A stretch of DNA of 64,000 bases, taken from a virus. The stretch covers positions 1 through 64,000 of the IMG/VR virus record IMGVR_UViG_3300009506_000019. One strand, 5' to 3'. The position numbers and the translations under genes are program-made. Below the pieces are notes generated by a model that saw nothing but the letters and a program-made list of their open reading frames with translations, was not told where the DNA came from and searched no databases. This document shows positions 18,191-26,371 of the stretch, in pieces. Each line of letters opens with the position of its first letter. Position 1 is the first letter of the stretch.

Positions 18191-18683
18191 GCTGAATGTA
18201 AACCTCACCAGTTGACTGCACATGTTGCATTATGCTGTCAAAAGAGGGAGGTTTAGCAGCTTTCTTCGGTTTCTTGTCAAACTCTTTTTCTTCGCCAGAG
18301 TCTGACTCGTCGAGTGGTGCGGGGACAGCCAGCGCAGCTGGTACTCTCCCACCACTTCGACGCACTCCTCTCAAATACCCCTTCAATTCAGCTATCTCCA
18401 GCTTCAGAGCAATTACTTCATCAGAATAAGATTTGATGTTACCGCTCATCTCTTCCACGGTAGAAGCCAGATTCTCATAAGAACTTCGCTGAACCAGTGC
18501 CGCAGTGCTTCTTTCTCTATAATCCAGATAGGTATTTACCAAAACACCAGGAACAGCAGTTAATGCAGCAATAAGAGCTGCTACTCCCGCCCAATTGATT
18601 GGCTTCTTCTTTGGCTCTTCACACTCATCACAATCTTCGTCAGAATCATGAGTGTGAACATGAGTTGTGCGATGTGGGGTCAT
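18180..18683 (-). CDS. single-TM plus coiled-coil membrane protein
   Basis: WAGVAALIAALTAVPGVLV then heptad repeats. Confidence 0.7.
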   Translation of the reverse strand: MTPHRTTHVHTHDSDEDCDECEEPKKKPINWAGVAALIAALTAVPGVLVNTYLDYRERSTAALVQRSSYENLASTVEEMSGNIKSYSDEVIALKLEIAELKGYLRGVRRSGGRVPAALAVPAPLDESDSGEEKEFDKKPKKAAKPPSFDSIMQHVQSTGEVYIQPKE

Positions 18684-19084
18684 GGTCCGAATTTCTTGGT
18701 CCTAGCAGACAGATTTACAATAACAGCCTGCCTACGCATGTTTTGTTGACGAATTAGCGCCATCTCGAGCTGCTCAACTGTAAGCTGAGTATGTCTTACT
18801 AGGTACTCACCCAGCATTTCCCCTTTCGACATCTTGAATTCTTTTACCATTCTCTCCAAATCGTTATAGTTAATAAAACCCATTTGAATTAGAATATTAC
18901 CAATACTGGATGGATCATCCTCTGGACGCACACCATTAACTCCTGGAGTTAATGACTGTCGCTGCTCAAGTTCCACAGACAGTTGCTCAGCTGCTGATAT
19001 GAATTCCTTACTCATGGTTGTGATTTTATCTAGCATCATCTTGATGGAATTAGTCTGGTCCAACTCACACTTAGGGTTAGCCAT
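18680..19084 (-). CDS. MshEN-like (c-di-GMP binding motif) protein
   Basis: tandem IGNILIQMGFI...L and LGEYLV....LT.EQLE.AL.RQ. Confidence 0.7.
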   Translation of the reverse strand: MANPKCELDQTNSIKMMLDKITTMSKEFISAAEQLSVELEQRQSLTPGVNGVRPEDDPSSIGNILIQMGFINYNDLERMVKEFKMSKGEMLGEYLVRHTQLTVEQLEMALIRQQNMRRQAVIVNLSARTKKFGP

Positions 19085-19619
19085 TTTCTTCCCCATCATC
19101 TTCGACATCAACAACTTGTAACTTGCTTCGCATCTCTTCCATCATATTTTTTATACTAGCAATCGATCTGTAAGCGTCAATAGTTCGCCTACGATCACGT
19201 CTATCCGTCAGGTTCTGAGCCATCAGGATAAGAGGAGATGCAAAAGCTGCTTGAAAGGACAAAACTAGATTAAGCAGGATAAATGGGTATGGATCCCATC
19301 CGGTCACCAGCATTACTGCATTAGCTGCTACCCAGAACGACAGGATAACAGACTGAAGGATAATAAATCTCCAACTACCAATAAACCCAACTACTTTGGT
19401 AGCCACCTTCTCACCAACAGTAGCATCGAGACCATCACCGTAACGAAGATTCTCAATCTCCTCCAGGATGTTCTTTTGTGTCTCAATGATGGTTTTCAGA
19501 TCGGAGTTCGTCATTGCACTTCCATTAACTCTATGCGCAGTTGCTGATAGTAGTTGAGAACACCGACCTCCTAACGTCAAGTTAGGCAGCGATGCCACTA
19601 CTGACAAACACGCTACCAT
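19077..19619 (-). CDS. DUF1003 membrane protein
   Basis: IGSWRFI, WDPYPFILLNLVLSFQAAFASPLILMAQN. Confidence 0.9.
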   Translation of the reverse strand: MVACLSVVASLPNLTLGGRCSQLLSATAHRVNGSAMTNSDLKTIIETQKNILEEIENLRYGDGLDATVGEKVATKVVGFIGSWRFIILQSVILSFWVAANAVMLVTGWDPYPFILLNLVLSFQAAFASPLILMAQNLTDRRDRRRTIDAYRSIASIKNMMEEMRSKLQVVDVEDDGEENG

Positions 19620-19627
19620 CTCTTATT

Positions 19628-21343
19628 TTACAGGTCAGTCATCGACACCACAATGCGCCCTGCCTTGCTGGCCTGTACACCTAATTCCAGATCAGAAGGA
19701 GTCTCGAGTGAAAGCTCTTCTTCGCGCTCTCCCTCTTCTTCCCCTTCCATTCTTTCCTTTTCTTCTTCGATGTTATGCAGGAATACTTCTACAGCGTCAA
19801 CTGCCAGAACATCAGCATTGGGGGCTTCCGGGTCGATGTTTTGGATGGTATAGTCAAGCTCGTCCACATTTTGCTCGTACATACGTACAACTTCTTTGAG
19901 CTTGGCCAATTCGTCTGTATCCTTGGCTCCCATCTTTGGCTTGGGTGGAAGCTTGGTGCCCTTTGGTAGTCCGGCACGTTCTAGCTCCCTCTGCTTACGT
20001 CTTTCCTTTCTGGACTGAGCCAACTCTTCCTTCGTCTTTTTCGGCTTAGGTGCCTTTTTCGATTTAGGGCTAGCTTGAGCAACACGAACACCGACAGACT
20101 TCCAGTATTCGTTCCACTCCCTCATACCTTCAGCCATGTCGTCAACAACAACCATGGCTTGTCTAATCATAACCGCAACATGCTCAGTCATGGGCTGAAC
20201 TTCATAGTTACCCAATGACTCTTCAAATCGACGCAGGCCAGCCTCATCCCACAACCCAAGACGTTCCAGTTTCTCCATACGAACATCATACTTGTCACCA
20301 CTCTTGGTAACCAAGTATGTACGCTTCATGTCTGAACTATAAACCGATACAGTACCGTAATGTTCGAGTGCCTGACCAAGTTTACCTGGTAGACCAGGCT
20401 CATAGGTCGGCATGCCAGGCTCTGCTGGCGCTGCTGGCGTTGGTTGTGTGGTTATAGTTTGAGTTGGCGTGTCGGTCTGTGCAGCTTTGGCAATGTGCCG
20501 CTCATCGTCAGCAGAACCAGACGCTACACCACCAATACCACCAGTTTGAGATCCGGTTGGGCCGACGTAATCGGATTTCGGCTTATCAGAGATTTCTGGC
20601 TCAAAGACATCACCAGCCTCTTTGTCCCCGCCACCTTCTCTCATTTCTTGTTCTACGAATTCTTCTACACCCTCCAACCCCTGTGGTGTATGATCGGTGT
20701 CTTCGTCTTCTTCTTGTTCGATGAATTCCTCTAGTGTGGGACCAGCAGCGCCCTTGTCACCTTCAACCCCGTGCTCTTCGTGTTCCTCATGTTCTTCTTC
20801 GAGAAACTCAGTCATACCAGGTGGAGTTGAAGTCTTTCCACCACCATCAAGTCCCACATCCAATGAGCCTGGTGTGAGGACTAGCACCGTGCCAGTCGCC
20901 ACCTTGCCGTGGACTGGTAGCCGCACCTTGCAACCAACCTTCAACTCCACACCAAAACGGTCTGTGACGGCTACGGAGCTTTCTTTCTTGATAGGCTCAG
21001 GGTCATACCCGAGCACATGATCTTCACCATGCTTGCGGGTCAGAACAAAGCCACCCTCACCAGGCACCATCTCCCACAGATGGTGACCCTCACGGAAAAA
21101 GCCAGTGCCAATTCTTTCAAACTGGCTTGGTATATCAGTAAGACTTGCCACGACAATGCGCTTGGTGGTATTATCGTCATTGCTTACTTTTTGTGCAATC
21201 TTTTTGATTGAGGCGGTCTTCTGATGCTTGGATGCACGCTTTTCTCCGGCACGGCTTACGCCGTCCTTAATACGACGAATGGAATTATCGTCAAGCGTGC
21301 TGGTACCTTGCTGACTGACCCTATTGGCATTCATACGATGCAT
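19628..21343 (-). CDS. large low-complexity protein, possible internal virion protein
   Basis: GGGAG RBS before ATG at 21343; acidic and basic blocks; repeated K/R-x-A-S/Q motifs. Confidence 0.55.
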   Translation of the reverse strand: MHRMNANRVSQQGTSTLDDNSIRRIKDGVSRAGEKRASKHQKTASIKKIAQKVSNDDNTTKRIVVASLTDIPSQFERIGTGFFREGHHLWEMVPGEGGFVLTRKHGEDHVLGYDPEPIKKESSVAVTDRFGVELKVGCKVRLPVHGKVATGTVLVLTPGSLDVGLDGGGKTSTPPGMTEFLEEEHEEHEEHGVEGDKGAAGPTLEEFIEQEEDEDTDHTPQGLEGVEEFVEQEMREGGGDKEAGDVFEPEISDKPKSDYVGPTGSQTGGIGGVASGSADDERHIAKAAQTDTPTQTITTQPTPAAPAEPGMPTYEPGLPGKLGQALEHYGTVSVYSSDMKRTYLVTKSGDKYDVRMEKLERLGLWDEAGLRRFEESLGNYEVQPMTEHVAVMIRQAMVVVDDMAEGMREWNEYWKSVGVRVAQASPKSKKAPKPKKTKEELAQSRKERRKQRELERAGLPKGTKLPPKPKMGAKDTDELAKLKEVVRMYEQNVDELDYTIQNIDPEAPNADVLAVDAVEVFLHNIEEEKERMEGEEEGEREEELSLETPSDLELGVQASKAGRIVVSMTDL

Positions 21344-21441
21344 TTCGATACTCCCAATCTCCGGAGTCTGCGTTCTACTGCTACCGAATAGTCCATTAAG
21401 CATGAATATTGGTAACATTCTGTTCAACCCAATCTCCATAC

Positions 21442-21458
21442 TGGCACACCTCGTGCAT
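21442..21458 (+). promoter_or_regulatory. sigma54-type promoter TGGCACACCTCGTGCAT
   Basis: GG-N10-GC in a divergent intergenic region. Confidence 0.75.
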
Positions 21459-21580
21459 CGCTAATAGGGTATGAAGATGGTAGGGATACCTACACCATAG
21501 GACCTTTTGTGCACTACAGAGTGAACAAATTATCAATCCGTTCCACCATAAGGCTATAACCAAGTGAAAGGAGCTGTACC

Positions 21581-21937
21581 ATGGGTGGTAAGAAAAAGTC
21601 CAAACTTCGTGTTGTGAAGGGTGGCAAGAACGACAAGAAGGCCGCGCCGAAGAAGAAGTTCGACGAGGAAGCCTTCTACAAGAAGTACAAGCATGTCGTT
21701 CCTGGGTCCGTCAAGGAGGCAAAGCCTGGCTCTGTTGTGGACGGCTGCAAGGTCGCACATGGTCGCATCTGCAAGATCAAGTGCAAAGAGACCGGCAAGC
21801 TCCGCACCATCAACGTGCAGGATGCCTTTCAAACCTTCTTCACCGCCGAGGTGCAGAAGCGCAAGCAACTCGAGCGTGCAGCCGAGCGCCGCAAGAAGAG
21901 CGGCAAGAAGGCACGTCGCAAGAGCAAAGCAGGCTGA
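21581..21937 (+). CDS. highly basic small protein (paralog of the 10925 C-terminal domain)
   Basis: KKY..VV.GSV.E, HG..C...C...G..R..N.QDAFQ shared motif; Lys-rich. Confidence 0.8.
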   Translation: MGGKKKSKLRVVKGGKNDKKAAPKKKFDEEAFYKKYKHVVPGSVKEAKPGSVVDGCKVAHGRICKIKCKETGKLRTINVQDAFQTFFTAEVQKRKQLERAAERRKKSGKKARRKSKAG

Positions 21938-21940
21938 CCC

Positions 21941-21984
21941 AGCTGATGGCAGCCTAGTGGAATCAAGCCGCTGGGCTGCCAGCT
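21941..21984 (+). terminator. strong hairpin after the basic-protein gene
   Basis: TGGCAGCCTAGTGG / CCGCTGGGCTGCCA stem; no clear U tract. Confidence 0.55.
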
Positions 21985-22004
21985 ACCCTCCTGTAAATAG
22001 CATA

Positions 22005-22021
22005 TGGCACGTGCCCTGCAT
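22005..22021 (+). promoter_or_regulatory. sigma54-type promoter TGGCACGTGCCCTGCAT
   Basis: 28 nt identical to the 26327 site. Confidence 0.85.
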
Positions 22022-22064
22022 TTTATGATCGTGCGGAAGCTATCACCACACAGGAGGCTCTATC

Positions 22065-22979
22065 ATGACAAATGACATCCAATCCGCACTGGCAAGTGGT
22101 TCGCGAAAGATCGGTTTTCTCACATGGTACGACTGTCGCAATGCGAGCGTCACACCCACCAAGCTGAAGGCTCTCTTCGACAAGCATGGTCTCGATGAGT
22201 CCCATTTCCCGGATACCATCAAACCGAAGAATGCTTTCCAGAAGGCTTGCCGCAAGGCGATGGCCGAGACGAGCACAAGCAGCGACACACGCCGCTCCAT
22301 CACCAAGCTCATCGTCGATGGTCTGGACAAGATCATCTACGGTGTCGTGGATTTGAATGTTCACGAGAAGGCGGAGTCCATCGACCCCGATTTCAGCGAT
22401 AAGGTGTGGCTCGACAAGAACACACTCAGCGTCGGATTCGACAAGGGACACGACCTGTCCCGCAATGTGAAGAAGATCTTCGACCAGCTCTGTGGTGAAT
22501 ACACGACACGCGACATCAGCCGCATGATCGTAAAGTCTCTCGACCACATGGCGTCTGTCTCCCTCCGTGATGCTGGCGTCATCTACTTCGTGCCTGTCGG
22601 CTTCGAAAAAGATCTGCTCGCTCTACAGGGAGTGGTGAACGACGTGGGCGAGTGCAATATGAGAGTTTTTGCGCTGGGCTCCAGCGATGGGAACTCGGCC
22701 GGAATCGAGAATGCTGCAAAAAGCCAGATTGCAGACAAGATCGATGCGATGAAGGAAGACATCGCAGACTTGAAAGAATCCATCGAGTCTGGTACCGTCA
22801 AGGGTAAGACGGTGGACAACAGTATCGAAGTCCGTCGCAAGAGGTTCAATGAGCTGAAGATGCGATGTCAAGTGTTGGCCGATGCTCTCAAAATCAAGGC
22901 CGACACGCTCGAAGGGAATCTGGGCGAGGTTGAGGACCTCATCAACAAGGAACTGGAAGAGTTCGTCGGCGCTGCGTGA
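22065..22979 (+). CDS. DUF6744-like protein
   Basis: G.LTW...VT...L..LF..HGL....P..I.P..AF..A, G.IYFVP pattern recalled for this family. Confidence 0.55.
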   Translation: MTNDIQSALASGSRKIGFLTWYDCRNASVTPTKLKALFDKHGLDESHFPDTIKPKNAFQKACRKAMAETSTSSDTRRSITKLIVDGLDKIIYGVVDLNVHEKAESIDPDFSDKVWLDKNTLSVGFDKGHDLSRNVKKIFDQLCGEYTTRDISRMIVKSLDHMASVSLRDAGVIYFVPVGFEKDLLALQGVVNDVGECNMRVFALGSSDGNSAGIENAAKSQIADKIDAMKEDIADLKESIESGTVKGKTVDNSIEVRRKRFNELKMRCQVLADALKIKADTLEGNLGEVEDLINKELEEFVGAA

Positions 22980-23182
22980 TGCTAGTCTACGAATCATTCA
23001 CTGAGGAAGAAATCCGCATCGAGGCAGAGAATTTTGCTGAAGATGCGGATCTTCCTTTCCCCTCTTTCAACGAGGCAATGAACGTTTATTTGAATTCAAA
23101 ACCATCAACGTGGAGATTGATCTCCCACTGCATGTTTGGATCCTACACGAAACACCAATTCATTTGGTCAACCGGAGAATGA
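22979..23182 (+). CDS. hypothetical protein
   Basis: TGATG coupling. Confidence 0.55.
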   Translation: MLVYESFTEEEIRIEAENFAEDADLPFPSFNEAMNVYLNSKPSTWRLISHCMFGSYTKHQFIWSTGE

Positions 23183-23185
23183 AAG

Positions 23186-23659
23186 ATGGCCACCGAGAAT
23201 CGTGAGCCGCGAGACGTCCTGAGCGATACGAACGTGTATATGAAGTGCGTTCCGTTCGAAAACAAAGAAGGCGGCTACTTCATCGGCAATTGCAACATCG
23301 AAGTCGGTCTCAAAAACACCGTCTTGCGATTTGTGCCTCCCCATCCAGACGACGTGGAGGCTGCACAGGCCGAAGGAAGAAAGGCCGTAGGACGACTCGT
23401 CATCCTGAATGGCACCTACAATAATGAAGAATTTGAAGAATTCATGTCAGAAACGGAAGATCTCGAAGGGATCCCAGCCTACTTCCATGGTCTGTGCAAC
23501 ATGGACATCAATGCGCTGGACACCGTAATCAAGTTCTTCCCGGAACGATTCGATGAGAAGAACGTGCTACTCATCAATCAGACGCAGAGACGTGATGGCA
23601 AGAGGATCGACAACCCAATGGAGGTTAAGATCTTCATGCGATGCAAGAACCTGCGTTAA
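23186..23659 (+). CDS. hypothetical protein
   Basis: GGAG RBS; internally repeated CN(I/M)(E/D)(V/I)....TV..F.P motif. Confidence 0.7.
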   Translation: MATENREPRDVLSDTNVYMKCVPFENKEGGYFIGNCNIEVGLKNTVLRFVPPHPDDVEAAQAEGRKAVGRLVILNGTYNNEEFEEFMSETEDLEGIPAYFHGLCNMDINALDTVIKFFPERFDEKNVLLINQTQRRDGKRIDNPMEVKIFMRCKNLR

Positions 23660-23665
23660 GATAGC

Positions 23666-23682
23666 TGGCACGGTATATGCAT
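23666..23682 (+). promoter_or_regulatory. sigma54-type promoter TGGCACGGTATATGCAT
   Basis: GG-N10-GC, intergenic. Confidence 0.82.
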
Positions 23683-23728
23683 TCTTGTATGGTAGGCAAC
23701 TCACACCTACCCTGTATTGGAGACAACC

Positions 23729-24841
23729 ATGAGCACTGATTATCGCGGAAAGATTTCGCAGAACATCGACGAGCTGCAAAGCCGATTCTTTGAGAGGGAC
23801 CATATCATCCTCTCGGCATGGGCAGCTCTACTCTCTCGCAACCACATGCTGCAGCTTGGCGTCCCTGGCACAGCCAAATCGATGTTGACACAAGCAATGT
23901 GTGCAAGCATCAGCGGCTCACGCTACTTCGAACGTCTGCTGACCAAATTCTCCCCTCCAGAGGAGCTGTTTGGACCTACCAGCATGAAGGGGCTCGAAAA
24001 CGACGAGTATCGTCGTATCACCACAAAGATGCTGCCGGAAGTGGAGATCGCGTTCATCGACGAAATCTTCAAGGCCAATGCATCAATTCTCAACAGCCTG
24101 CTAACCATCATCAACGAGCGCGAATTTGACAACGGCACTGACCGTACAAAGGTGCCGCTCATCTCTCTGTTCGGAGCAAGCAACGAACTCCCACAAGAAG
24201 AGGAATTGGAGGCTCTGTACGATCGCTTCCTTCTTCGCTTCGACGTGCCGTATATCCAAGACGGCAGCAATTGGGAAGCCTTGATGCTGATGGATGATGA
24301 CGACCTGGTAGTCGAAAACACCATCACGTTGAAGGAATTGCAAGCAGCACAAGCAGAAGTCCGCAAGGTCACACTGTCTCCCGCCACCGTCAAGACCATG
24401 CGCGAAATCAAGATGCGCTTGGAGCGGCAGGGTGTCATCGCCAGCGACAGACGATGGAAGCAGACGGTGCGTGTGCTCAAGGCATGGGCTTGGCTGCACG
24501 GCCGCGATGAGGTAGTGACTCAGGACCTGAGCCTGTTGTGCGACATGATGTGGCGCGACCCAGGCCAACGTCCCATCGTCGTGCAGGAAGTCTTGGCCGT
24601 CACCAATCCGCTGGACCTGGCTGCCACCGAGATCTACGACACCGTGAACGATGTCTACTCCAAGTGGGACCCGAAAGATTCGGCATCCACGGAAGAGACC
24701 GCTGCCAAGATCCGGCTTGCCATGGAGAAACTGGATCACACCATCAAGACCGGCAAGGAAGAAATGCTGGGCAAGACTCGTGAGGTCCGCAACATCATGG
24801 CGATGTGGTACAAGGAAGTCCTCAAGTCAATGGATTTGTGA
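23729..24841 (+). CDS. RavA/MoxR-family AAA+ ATPase
   Basis: Walker A GVPGTAKS, EELFGP, Walker B FIDEIFKA, ASNELP, ALYDRF, SDRRW. Confidence 0.92.
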   Translation: MSTDYRGKISQNIDELQSRFFERDHIILSAWAALLSRNHMLQLGVPGTAKSMLTQAMCASISGSRYFERLLTKFSPPEELFGPTSMKGLENDEYRRITTKMLPEVEIAFIDEIFKANASILNSLLTIINEREFDNGTDRTKVPLISLFGASNELPQEEELEALYDRFLLRFDVPYIQDGSNWEALMLMDDDDLVVENTITLKELQAAQAEVRKVTLSPATVKTMREIKMRLERQGVIASDRRWKQTVRVLKAWAWLHGRDEVVTQDLSLLCDMMWRDPGQRPIVVQEVLAVTNPLDLAATEIYDTVNDVYSKWDPKDSASTEETAAKIRLAMEKLDHTIKTGKEEMLGKTREVRNIMAMWYKEVLKSMDL

Positions 24842-25023
24842 TGCACGACTTCGACGAACAAGAAGAAAGCCTGTCCTGGACAGTAACCAAGTGGGCTTAT
24901 TGGATTTTCAAAGCTGTGGTGATCACAGGACTCATCACAGGCATCCTCATCAGCCAGCAATGCCGTGATTTCATGAGCGGCCAGGTGAAGGAAATTTGCG
25001 AACTGATTAGGATTTGTGGTTAA
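24841..25023 (+). CDS. small membrane protein
   Basis: TGATG coupling, one TM segment. Confidence 0.55.
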   Translation: MHDFDEQEESLSWTVTKWAYWIFKAVVITGLITGILISQQCRDFMSGQVKEICELIRICG

Positions 25024-25031
25024 CTGAAGAT

Positions 25032-25176
25032 GGGAGGCGTGTCCGGTGATTCACGGTTCTTTACTGCAGTCCTATACCCATCCGTGGGTAAACCGTGGAC
25101 GCAGCATGGTTGCCCGTGAGTTGTCGTTAGTGAGACTCCCTGGGCGGTGAGGTCACGCTAAACCGCCCGTCCTTTT
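25032..25176 (+). ncRNA. candidate structured RNA followed by a terminator-like hairpin
   Basis: non-coding gap with nested stems (see finding). Confidence 0.4.
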
Positions 25177-25188
25177 GAGGAGAAGAAA

Positions 25189-25581
25189 ATGGACGTAGTT
25201 GACCGCATTGTGAAAATCGTAAACCTCGCCATCGAAGCCGATCCATCTGCCATGCGGGCTCTTTTCGAAAATCGAGTCCCGTGCAATCAACGTCTGGCCG
25301 ATGACCCGGAAATCCAAGTCATGAAGGAAAACGATGACGTTGGTTATACCATCGGTGTGCTTGGCCTTTTGAGTGGAATCGCTGGTGTCCGCACCTACAA
25401 AGGCCAGGAGAATTTCTCCAAAATTTGGGCCGTCTACAATGTGGACTGCCCAATCCATGGCACCAATGAAGAAGAGCCTGGCCTTGCAGTAGGGGAAACT
25501 TGCCCTGTTGAAGGCTGCGAAGAGAAGTTGGTGCTGGGTGACTTGTTGCGAATTGAAAGGGTGCCAGCAGAAACGGAATAG
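25189..25581 (+). CDS. hypothetical protein
   Basis: GAGGAG RBS; DP.AM.AL...RVPCN..LAD.P motif. Confidence 0.75.
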   Translation: MDVVDRIVKIVNLAIEADPSAMRALFENRVPCNQRLADDPEIQVMKENDDVGYTIGVLGLLSGIAGVRTYKGQENFSKIWAVYNVDCPIHGTNEEEPGLAVGETCPVEGCEEKLVLGDLLRIERVPAETE

Positions 25582-25583
25582 GC

Positions 25584-25832
25584 GTGAACGACGAAGTGCC
25601 TCCAGTTTGGGATCAGATTGTAGCTCTACCAACGTGGACGCTCAACAACCTGATGTATCCGTTTTTGCCAGAGGATCATCTATTCAAGCGATACAAAGCA
25701 ACCCCTCCCCTGGCAAACTGGACCAAATGGAGAACGCCACTTCACACGCTATTCGACACAGCCATTTGGATTTCAGGATCGATGTTGCTGGTAACGTTAA
25801 TCGCAATGTTTTTCAAGCATATAGCTCAGTAG
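25584..25832 (+). CDS. small membrane protein
   Basis: C-terminal TM segment. Confidence 0.55.
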   Translation: MNDEVPPVWDQIVALPTWTLNNLMYPFLPEDHLFKRYKATPPLANWTKWRTPLHTLFDTAIWISGSMLLVTLIAMFFKHIAQ

Positions 25833-25833
25833 T

Positions 25834-25909
25834 GCTCCCATAGAACAATGGTTAGTTCACCGGGCTTTCAATCCGGGCACAGTGGGTTCGATTCCCCTTG
25901 GGAGCACCA
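25834..25909 (+). tRNA. tRNA-Glu (anticodon TTC)
   Basis: acceptor GCTCCCA/TGGGAGC, D arm GAAC/GTTC, anticodon loop CT-TTC-AA, GGTTCGATTCC, encoded CCA; T-stem imperfect. Confidence 0.92.
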
Positions 25910-25923
25910 TATTTGAGGTACCT

Positions 25924-26322
25924 ATGAAACTAGCTCCAAAAAGAAAGAGAGTGGGACCGCCAAATAAGATCACCAAGTATAAATATGGCAGTGAATACCG
26001 AAGGCTCCGTAATCTTCTCCTCCAACACGACCTCAAGCACAACACCGACGCATTTAGATGTGATGAACGACTGATGCGTGCGGCTATTCTCATGTTTGCT
26101 GGTCTGGAAATAGGAACAGACAGCGTAGACAACCTCTATCGTTATCTTGGTTACAACATCCAAAAATACTGCATTCAAGACATGTCATCACGTCTTCGCA
26201 AAAACGGAATATGGCAGAAAGGATCAACCTGTTGCAATTGGAATGACGAGCACGGCTATATTGAATTGATGTGTGACTCTATGGTAGCAATCGGGCTATT
26301 GGCGTGTGAACCGGTAAGGTAG
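25924..26322 (+). CDS. hypothetical protein
   Basis: GAGG RBS. Confidence 0.65.
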   Translation: MKLAPKRKRVGPPNKITKYKYGSEYRRLRNLLLQHDLKHNTDAFRCDERLMRAAILMFAGLEIGTDSVDNLYRYLGYNIQKYCIQDMSSRLRKNGIWQKGSTCCNWNDEHGYIELMCDSMVAIGLLACEPVR

Positions 26323-26326
26323 TATC

Positions 26327-26343
26327 TGGCACGTGCCCTGCAT
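26327..26343 (+). promoter_or_regulatory. sigma54-type promoter TGGCACGTGCCCTGCAT
   Basis: identical to the 22005 site over 28 nt. Confidence 0.85.
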
Positions 26344-26371
26344 TTTATGATCGTACAGGAGGCGCGTATAC

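Noticed and set aside
23729-24841. AAA ATPase as the sigma54 activator (EELFG resembles the bEBP ESELFG)
   Set aside because: no GAFTGA loop and no HTH; motifs are RavA/MoxR type and a VWA partner is present
25818-25832. TAGCTCAGT tRNA-like fragment before tRNA-Glu
   Set aside because: too short, has no cloverleaf, and coincides with the end of a CDS
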